From Octopus sinensis (taxonomy: Eukaryota): DNA of 64,000 bases. Location of the stretch: assembly GCF_006345805.1 (NCBI RefSeq), contig NC_043015.1, forward strand, positions 11,160,001 through 11,224,000, in the 5' to 3' direction. Below the pieces are notes generated by a model. That model had not been told where the DNA came from, made no database searches, and was given only the letters and a program-made list of their open reading frames with translations. Position 1 is the first letter of the stretch. Each line of letters starts with the position of its first letter. This document shows, in pieces, positions 54,714-64,000 of this stretch. The position numbers and the translations under genes were made by a program.

Positions 54714-55329
54714 TAATATATATATATATATGTATGTATGTATATATAGATAATATGTATATGTATATGTATGTATTTATGTGTATATACGTATATATAC
54801 ATTATAACTCATATCTTATCCCAGGAAATGCAAAAGCTTTATATTAGATGGTAAAATACTGAATCATAAATATTGAATGATATTTCAAAAGCACTTTATA
54901 TATCTTATATCCAAATGGATTAAAACTTATCTTAAACATATTTCGATACGATGTGTAACCCAGTATATCTGTATGGCTATATATATTTGCAGAGACATAA
55001 AATGTTTCAGACGTCATGTACATGTCTCTGCGAAAATTTATTCACGTATCTAGCCATATCTTTTTAAATATTTTAATTTAATCTATAAATATCATACACG
55101 TCCAAATGTAAATGCACTCATTGTCATACACACTCACAAGCACCATAACACAGAGAGGTGCGTATACATACATATACATACATACATACATACATACATA
55201 CATGCATGATACAACATACATACACACATACATCATAATACATACATACATACATACATACATTAATGCATACTACATACATACATATATACATATACAT
55301 AAAAAAAATTAAGATAAATAAATAAATAA

Positions 55330-55680
55330 AGTAAAATGCATAGATCCTCTTCGACCATAAATGATCATGATATTGCACATAGAAAGTTAGCCTCTGAGGG
55401 AAATTCCGGTCAAGGTTGTTTATGGAAGACCAGCAGTCGCCCATGTATACTAGCCATTCCTTTCCACGCTACCGATATTATTCAAGGGAAATGCAAAGGC
55501 CGATACAGCTTGGCCGATACACCAGTAATGTCGCAACACATTTCTACAGCTGAGTGAACTGGAGCAATGTGAAATACAGTATCTTTCTCATGAACACAAC
55601 ACACAGCCCGGTCCGGGAATCGAAGACACTACTTCATGACTGTGCGCTCCATGCTCCAACCTCTGAGCCCTGCGCCTACA
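55330..55680 (-). mobile_element. Diverged tRNA-headed SINE (further family)
   Basis: Minus head TAGGCGCAGGGCTCAGAGGTTGGAGC..TTCGATTCCCGG, CORE-like TTTCACATTGCTCCAGTTCACTCAGCTG, then GGGCGACTGCTGGTCTTCCATAAACAACC. Confidence 0.7.
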
Positions 55681-55895
55681 CGCACTATTTCTGTCGTGAA
55701 AATCAGCGCATGTTTTCAAAGTTTTGTGTTATATGACTGACACAGGTACCCGAATTTAACCCTATGCGTTAAGAGTAGTTAATTAGAATGAAACTCCGAA
55801 ATCTCGATCCGGCTATAATTGCTGGTGATTTATCTCCCTTTGTCAGTCATTATACATACATGCATACATACATACATATATATTATATATATATT

Positions 55896-55963
<68 letters not shown>

Positions 55964-55982
55964 TATAGATATATGTATATAT

Positions 55983-56047
<65 letters not shown>

Positions 56048-56074
56048 AAGAAAAAGCAACAAGAATGGATAGGT

Positions 56075-56165
56075 TTTTAGTACAATCGTTTCATACAAGG
56101 ACAGGCTTTATTAAAAGTTGTGAAAATTACAGCATATAAATGTGTCCCGTACTCATCAGCTAAAA
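56075..56165 (-). ncRNA. Canonical type I hammerhead motif
   Basis: Minus: TTTTAG CTGATGA GTACGGGAC[insert]GTCCTTGTAT GAAA CGATTG TA CTAAAA; GUA site. Confidence 0.75.
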
Positions 56166-56456
56166 TACATGTGAGTTCTCTAGACATCCTAGTGGTTGAG
56201 GCTATACTCATGAAGTAATGTAGATAATTAAGTAACATAAACAGATTTCCAAAGTAAAAATTCTACAAAATTTTTTGCCACCAGCGGCCTAGTGGGAAAA
56301 AATTAAATAGTCATAGACCATTTTTAAGTTCAACATCACAATCAAGGAACGGCCATAATAGGCCATTCACCCACTAGAAATAACAGCCAAAAGCTTCAAC
56401 CGCAAAATAACATCAATTCCGTAAACCAGGAGAAAATTAAAAAACATTTACCTGTA

Positions 56457-56561
56457 ATTTCTTATACGATGCACCGTTTCATCTACTGTTTAATGGTAAA
56501 CTAACTGATTAAATTAATCAAGCCAATCTACCATAGTCCCTTAGATTCATCAGTAAGAAAT
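56457..56561 (-). ncRNA. Canonical type I hammerhead motif (left arm)
   Basis: Minus: ATTTCTTA CTGATGA ATCTA[insert]TAGAT GAAA CGGTGCATCG TA TAAGAAAT. Confidence 0.8.
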
Positions 56562-56629
56562 AGCCAAGTCGGAACAGATATTTTTCAGGGACGGGAATGC
56601 CTCGTGAAAATATCTGTTCCGACTTGGCT

Positions 56630-56734
56630 ATTTCTTACTGATGAATCTAAGCCTATGGTAGATTGGCTTGATTTAATTTAATCAGGTTAGTTTACCATTA
56701 AACAGTAGATGAAACGGTGCATCGTATAAGAAAT
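56630..56734 (+). ncRNA. Canonical type I hammerhead motif (right arm)
   Basis: atttctta ctgatga atcta...tagat gaaa cggtgcatcg ta taagaaat; predicted cleavage after A56726. Confidence 0.8.
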
Positions 56735-57119
56735 TACAGGGTAAATGTTTTTTAATTTTCTCCTGGTTTACGGAATTGATGTTATTTTGCGGTTGAAGCT
56801 TTTGGCTGTTATTTCTAGTGGGTGAATGGCCTATTATGGCCGTTCCTTGATTGTGATGTTGATATATGTATATATATATATATATATGCATGTATGTATG
56901 TAGGTATGTGTAGGACAGTTTTCTTGCAGTTTCCATCAACGAAATACACACACGTGACTATATGTACATGTATAAACACTCACGGTGACCATGCTGGAGC
57001 GCCGCCAAAATATACATTTAGTTATATTTATATCTATATTTATATTTGTACACGCCCACACTCACAAACATACACACGCACACACAAAAAGCAGACGCGC
57101 GCACATGTATATATATATA

Positions 57120-57350
57120 TACTCTTTTTACTATTTTACTTGTTTCAGTCACTTGACTGCGGCCATGCTGGGGCACCGCCTTTAATCGAGCAACTCGACC
57201 CCGGGACTTATTCTTTGTAAGCCCAGTACTTATTCTATCGGTCTCTTTTTGCCGAACCGCTAAGTGACGGGGACATAAACACACACCAGCATCGGTTGTC
57301 AAGCAATGCTAGGGGGACAAAACAGACCACAAACACACACACACGCATAT

Positions 57351-57405
<55 letters not shown>

Positions 57406-57432
57406 ATATATACATATATACGACGGGCTTCT
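57120..57432 (-). mobile_element. SINE family A, 3' half (5'-truncated)
   Basis: Homology to 7825-8130, ending at cgacgggcttct. Confidence 0.9.
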
Positions 57433-58400
57433 GAGATAGGGGTTGTAAATGCAACCGTCCATGGGATAACATATATCCAATATACTGCTAGTGAAGTACC
57501 CAACAAAGTTAATACATAATGCTAAAAATTGCGATGCAATTAATTCATTTACTGTATTGTATGGACAAAGGTAAAATGTTTTACCACAAATTAATAATAC
57601 AAATGGGTGTATGGGTGTACCTCCTCTGATATTCATTTTTAATTTAGTTTGTATTTCATAATCTCCGAAGACGCCTTGGGATATTTTTGTAAGTGTCTCA
57701 TTTATAACTACATATTGACCTATCACACATGGCTAATATGAGCAAAATGAGACACCCATATCTGCATGGCCGAAACAGCTGTAAGATGTAGTCTATGTTT
57801 GTATTCATATTTATTTATATTCACTTATGCATACTGTACTAATTGTATCATATTACTCCTTCATGTACACTGTTTTGTTCTATATTATTATGTTTGACCT
57901 TAATGTTCATATGTAGTGGTTTAATAAATTATGTGATTGGGTATTATCTGGTAGTTGATAATTGATTTAGATGTATTTCTCCATTTTCTTATTTTGTATA
58001 TATATATATATATACATATATTGTTACTTAGCTTGTTAGTTACCTTAATATATATATGATACTCATGAAGCCTTATGTTTTGTGCATAAGATTTTTTAGA
58101 TATAGGAAGATACTATTTCTGACTGGAGCTCAGAAGAACAATGAAGATTACTTTCATTAATACGTTAACCCAAATTTATATTCAAATAAATTTAATCATA
58201 AGAGCGTTTTCTTTATTTTTTTTCTGAAACGTGCGCTTAAGAGATTCTGTGCGGGTTGTATGCGTCCTTGCGTTGTCTACTGTTGATAAGTATATTTGTT
58301 TACATATCTGTGTATGATGACCTTATAAGAACATTCTGATATTAAAAAGTAAGTATAGATGTTCACAGATTCACTAAATTCGTTTGTTCCCCTCTCTCTC

Positions 58401-58434
<34 letters not shown>

Positions 58435-58489
58435 TATTATTATATATATATATGTATGTATAATATTATATTATATAATATAATATATA

Positions 58490-58520
<31 letters not shown>

Positions 58521-58903
58521 CATATATATTTATATATACTTGCATATATATTCGTGTCTCAGTTTATAGTCGTAGGACCAATTTTTTCTCTTCAGAACTA
58601 CGTTATTGACAGAAAACGCATGAAAGTTACTGCACATCACGCATACACGGATGCCTCTCTCTCTCTCTTAATTTATATATATACATATACACGCGCGCAC
58701 ACAAACCAATAAATATATATACATATATATATATATATACAAACATAGTTGTATATACACATATATACATATGTATGTATATGTATGTATATACACATGC
58801 ATACATTTATACTTATTACAAACATTTATACACACGTGCATAAACACAGATTTACATTGCATACATATATAAATACACGTATATTTATTTATATATATGT
58901 GTG

Positions 58904-58941
<38 letters not shown>

Positions 58942-59730
58942 CGTGTGTGTGTGTGCGTGTGTGTGTGTATCTATCTATATCGCACATACATAACTGCATG
59001 TATATTATATATTTCCAGAGTTAATTCGAATAAAATATAATCAGATTATGAGAAATCAGAATAGAATATTCGATCCCACTGAATGATCTTAAGAGACAAA
59101 AATAAATAATTTTAATTTATTTAGTTTGGAAATTACTACATTATACAAGACATCTTTTACTGCTAACTCCGCTTATTATATCTCAGAAGCGAACTAAAGC
59201 GCACTAAAATATATCTTGATGTAATTGAGAAAAAATATAAATGGTTGAGAGAAAGTACAAAAATTCGAATTAAATTATATAAGATGAAAATCTAAATAAC
59301 AAATATAGCGGGAAATACTTAATCAAATTCTATTCAAGTAGATATTTTCGAAATTATCTGAATTATGAAGCTACATAAAAGTAAAATATATGGTATGTTT
59401 ATGGTTATTTTGTTTTTCTTGGCATTCGGCATGGGATTTATATTTGCTTGTAAAGAAATAAGATCAGTTTAGTTTTTGATGCTATTCACAGTATTTCTAG
59501 ATGTGTTTTAAAAGTGTAATTTAAATTTCCTTCAATTAAGAAACCTAGAATACTACGCCTGTTTCATTCGCTCCAGATCTTTATGTCAGGGATATACTCA
59601 CGGTAGCAAATAAGATACCACACACACACACAAACACACACATACATACACACACAATGTGTATATGTATACTCACACACAGACACACATATATATATAT
59701 ATATGTGATATGTGTGTGTGTATACATATG

Positions 59731-59779
<49 letters not shown>

Positions 59780-59783
<4 letters not shown>

Positions 59784-60068
59784 TAATTAAGGGTAGAAAT
59801 TGATATTAGTCAATTAAAACCAGTGGTCTAGCATATTAAAAGATTCCGAAGATTAAAATATTTTTATATACCAATTAAGGACTGAACACGAAAAGTGGAC
59901 AGTCAACATGCTAGATATAGACGTCAAATCGCCATTCTCCACAAAGAGTATGTTCTCAAATAAAACTGTGCTGAGTTTTATTTGAGATCATACTCTTTGT
60001 GGAGAATGGCGATTTGACGTCTTATCTAGCATGTTGGCTGTCCACTTTTCGTGTTCAGTCCTTAATTG
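59780..60068. mobile_element. Penelope-type pLTR terminus with 96-bp-arm palindrome (59872-59967 / 59974-60068)
   Basis: Terminus ttaaaaccagtggtctagcat; arms caattaaggactgaacacg...aaaact-gtgctg-agtttt...cgtgttcagtccttaattg. Confidence 0.75.
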
Positions 60069-60080
60069 TATATATATATA

Positions 60081-60129
<49 letters not shown>

Positions 60130-60347
60130 GTCTATATATATATATGTATGTTGTATGTATGTATGTATGTATGTATTTATATGTATAATTATAGAATGGT
60201 AAGAACAACAAAATGAAAGAGACCTCGATATTATCTAAATAGAGGAATTTATCTGTAAATGTAATATGTGACAATCATTCGGCTTAAAAGTGGCTACCAG
60301 GTAATTATCACATATTACATTTACAGATATATATATATATATATATA

Positions 60348-60895
60348 TACGAGGGTAACCAAGAGAGACCGGAGTTTTTCAATACTATTTTATCCACTTC
60401 GCTTTACCTATTTACATTTTGACGCCTTCAAATTGTTCTCCATTTGAAGCAATGTATCGGTCTAGAGGCGTTTTCCACTGTTGGAAGCAGTGCCGGAAAT
60501 CTTGCGAAGTGATGCCTTTTAACGCCTCCGTCCTTCTTTCTCTTTCTTCACTCTTCCACATCTGCAAATTCCGAAGTACCAGCAGCTTTCGTCACCAGTA
60601 GTGACCTTCGAACAATGTCCGGATGAATTTCCAACTGTTCTTTCAGTTCACGACTCGCATTCAGTCGTGATCGCTTTTGATCTTCTGTGAGTAGGCGAGG
60701 CACAAATTTTTCTGCAACTCCTCCCAGCACAATTCGCATTTCCTCGCAATTCTCAGTTCAATATTCGCAATTCACAAATCCTCGCTCAGAATTCGTCGGC
60801 AGGAGCTTCAGTACACACCAGTCATATCAACAAGTTCGCCAATTGTTCGGTGATGATCCACCAAGATCAGTTCATGATTTTTCATGTTGTTCGTA
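60348..60895 (-). mobile_element. Internally deleted mariner transposon relic
   Basis: TA+CGAGGG TIR-like end at 60348; minus peptides RTIGELVDMTG..SSCRRILSE, AEKFVPRLLTEDQKRSRLNASRELKEQLE and KGITSQDFRHCFQQWK..ASNGEQFEG. Confidence 0.85.
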
Positions 60896-61920
60896 TTCCA
60901 ATACGAACATTTCAGAATGTTTGGGTATCAATCAGAGACAGTGCAGAGGATTCAGAAAGAGTTGGATTAGACTAATGGTGATTACGAAAGGTACTGCAGC
61001 TCGGAGAACTCACTCCGATCGTTCTAATAAGAAAAAAAAAAAGCTCCTGAATTTGTTGATGAAATCCATGCCATGATTCACAGCGATCGCTTCATGCAAA
61101 TCAAATCCATCACCAGGGATTTTGTAGTGTATGAGTGTCTTATTAGGCAGAAAATATATAAAGGCTTAAGCTATTCCTCATACACGATGACAAGGGCCAA
61201 TGTTTATTCCAAGCCATCAAGGAGAAAAAAGAAAGACCGCGGAACAAACTAAACCATCGCCACTAACTGAATGCTTTGGTTTTCCTCAGATGAGAAGCAT
61301 TTCTGCCAGGATTAGCTAGTGAATACACACAACAACCGTTGGCTTGCCGTGTCCTCAAAACATGTACCGAGAGTGATAAAAATCAAACATCGAATCAACA
61401 TCGTAGTGTTTGGGGTGATCACTAGTGATGTCGACTTTATGCTTTCATTCATATTCGGCCTCACACTCAAGACGGTAGCCTACATCAAGTGTTTGGTGGT
61501 AGTAGTGCTGCCTTGGGTGAAGAGGGTAGCTGCTGAAAGATCCTATATCTAGCAACAGGACCCTGCATCGTGCTAAAACAGCTGTCAGCCAATTACTGCG
61601 ACCACTTCACCTGTAACATCCGGCCACCTAATTCCCCAGATTGCAACAGTCTTGATTACTTTATGTGGGGTGCAGTTGAGCGAGAAACCAACAAAACTTC
61701 AAGTAACACCTGAAGGCAAGGATTATGGCAGCATTGACCAACTTAAAGCAAGGAGACCGTCCAGAAGAGCTGCAGGGAATTCCGAAACCTTCTGGAGACC
61801 GTGGATGAAAGCAATGGCGAATCTTTAGTATTGCAAGACATTTTTTGAATTTTCATAAACATATCTATTCAAATGAGATGTCAGTGTAATTTTCCTTTTT
61901 GCATAATTTTGACGACAATA
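60896..61920 (+). mobile_element. Tc1/mariner (DD37D/maT-like) transposase relic
   Basis: WFSSDEKHFCQD; NTHNNRWLA; VVFGVITSD; QQD; PPNSPDCNSLDYFMWG; many stops and frameshifts. Confidence 0.85.
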
Positions 61921-62078
61921 TATTACGAATCATGCATATATATATTGGAAAAGTATGAAATCCTTGTTTCTTTCACTCTCTCTCTCTCTCTTTCTCTCTT
62001 TCCATATACATACACATAAACATGTATATATGAATATACATGTATCTATCTGTACACACCTATTTCACAGATATACTA

Positions 62079-62118
<40 letters not shown>

Positions 62119-62510
62119 GTACCCCTACACACACATATATATACAACCATGCGCATACACTCACACAAACATGTGCATACACACATTTATATATAAAAAC
62201 CTATATGTATACAAATACACATATAAATAGATATACATTTCTGCATACAAATACATATATGTATGTATATAGATGTATATGTGTATGTAGATATGTATGT
62301 GTTTATATATGTGTATGTGTTTCTATCAAGTGTTTTTATATGTGTGAGTATGCATATGTATATATGTGTGTATGTGTGTTTATATATAAGCATGTGTATG
62401 TATACATATAGAGATGCGTATGCATGTGTGTGTACGTATATGTATGTTTGTAGATACTGACACATGTGTATTTATATATTTATAATGTATATGGTATAGT
62501 TATAATAAAT

Positions 62511-62553
<43 letters not shown>

Positions 62554-63266
62554 ATATATTATATATATGTATGTATATACAGAGAGAAAGAGAGAGAGAG
62601 AGGTATGTATACTTTTTGCTTGTTATGTGTAGGGAAGTAAATATGTGAGCTAGCATGATCTCCCCAACCTCTCATCCAAACCAATATTAAAAAGCATTTC
62701 TATCAACGAAAATTTCTATCAAAAGATATGTACCTTACACCTCATTAACAACACCACCACAGACACACACCTAAAGCAGAAAACTACTAAGAGAAAGAAT
62801 TGGAAAACATCTGATCATTATATTTCTCACCAAAGGTTAACTATTCAAATGGCTTCATAAAACACTCCTTTAACACCTCACCACTTCCCAACTCCACAAG
62901 TATCTTGTTTTGACCATTCACCATCTTCTTTCAGCTCTTATTGATCAACACTCTCTCTCTCCAACATTGATTGACAACCCCCCATCTCGCCCGAAACACA
63001 CCCAAATCCCATATATAGAATCACAAAGCCCCACACCCTCAGATCTGTTTGACAACGAATCTCAGAAAGTTCTCCAGAAAAGTTAACATGGGATGTTTTT
63101 GTAATCTCCCCACCCAAGTTACCAAAGCACTTACTTGAGATGTACGAACTAAAGTGTAAAATGTATAGTATAAAAAATGTTTTAAAAAATAAATTAAACT
63201 GATTTTAACTACGAGTGAAATCATTCATTTTCTCCCTCCGTCTCCACTTCCTTTGGACATTGCTCT

Positions 63267-63301
63267 ATTTCTGAAGAAGAGCTTGGCTCGAAACGTTAAA
63301 T
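63267..63301 (+). ncRNA. Minimal type I hammerhead motif
   Basis: ATTT CTGAAGA A GAGC-TTG-GCTC GAAA CG TT AAAT; palindromic AACGTT stem III, GUU site. Confidence 0.65.
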
Positions 63302-63495
63302 CATATTTCCTTCCTTTCCTGAACGTCTGATAATACAGTTCTTGTACCCCGTCTTCGCGTTATCGTCTTTTCTTGATTGTTCTTCTTAGGATTCACCATG
63401 TATATATATATATACAATTGCAGCGTGGAAGGTGTTTATAAGCGATTTAAGAAACACACAAAAGCCGTTCGATTCACTTCAACATTTAAGTTTAA

Positions 63496-63545
63496 TTTGT
63501 CAAAGTATTTTCGTCGCTAAAATCCGCGACCTGTTCACTGACAAA
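63496..63545 (-). ncRNA. Hammerhead-like motif with swapped G3-C8 core pair (copy 2)
   Basis: Minus: TTTGTCA GTGAACA G GTCGC-GGATTTTA-GCGAC GAAA ATAC TT TGACAAA; stems I and II identical to 28594-28644, loop II different. Confidence 0.55.
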
Positions 63546-64000
63546 GTCCGTGCTGCATCTAAGAAAGAACAGTTAGTTCGTCATATATATGTACGTATGT
63601 ATGCATACATGTGTGTATGTATGTACGTATGCATGTACGCACATACGCCTGTGTATGCATGTATGTATGTATGTATGCATGTATACATGCATACATACAT
63701 ACATACATACATACATACATACATACATACATACATACATACGCACAATAGTAAAACAATAGTTCTGTGATATAGAGATAAAAATCTGATAATAGATTTT
63801 AGGGTATAGTTTTGGGAGTAAGCGTCATAAATCACTTTCTAGCTTCGGCCGTAGGAAGTTGAAACTTGATAGCTTTGTGATGAGTGATCACTCTACATCC
63901 ATCCATCGCTACAGGTTTATAGCTTTATGTTTTATAGAGTGTATGTGCGTGCATATACACACACATACATATATACATACATACATACATACATACATGC

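Larger units (their letters stand above)
56330..56862. mobile_element. Fold-back palindrome (~258-bp arms, ~17-nt loop) of a Penelope-type pLTR
   Basis: tcaacatcacaatcaaggaacggcc... versus ...ggccgttccttgattgtgatgttga; a few substitutions and indels between arms. Confidence 0.85.

Noticed and set aside
54989-55031. 9-bp stem enclosing TGTACATGACGTCT-GAAAC (minus)
   Set aside because: Hammerhead-like geometry, but the core has several non-compensated changes.

Overview
Eukaryotic (animal) AT-rich genomic DNA with a 100-N scaffold gap at 11871-11970. Microsatellites ((TA)n, (CA)n, (TACA)n, (AAT)n, (GATA)n) and retroelement debris dominate. The repeat landscape resembles an Octopus genome (inference, not database-checked). 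I find no intact host gene, rRNA, true tRNA or CRISPR array, and nearly all ORFs in the supplied track are microsatellite read-throughs. Recognisable elements: tRNA-headed SINE families, RTE and CR1 LINE fragments, a Dong/R4-like RLE LINE in an (AAT)n array, a gag/ORF1-only LINE-like element, a 5'-truncated Penelope-like element (GIY-YIG), and two Tc1/mariner relics. The strongest unexplained signal is about 15 type-I hammerhead-ribozyme-like motifs from several unrelated Penelope-type repeat families. They include C3-G8, U3-A8 and G3-C8 versions of the core tertiary pair. Several sit in fold-back palindromes or a 538-bp tandem unit, and one fold-back junction maps onto the predicted self-cleavage site. 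All structures were folded by eye and none has been tested.
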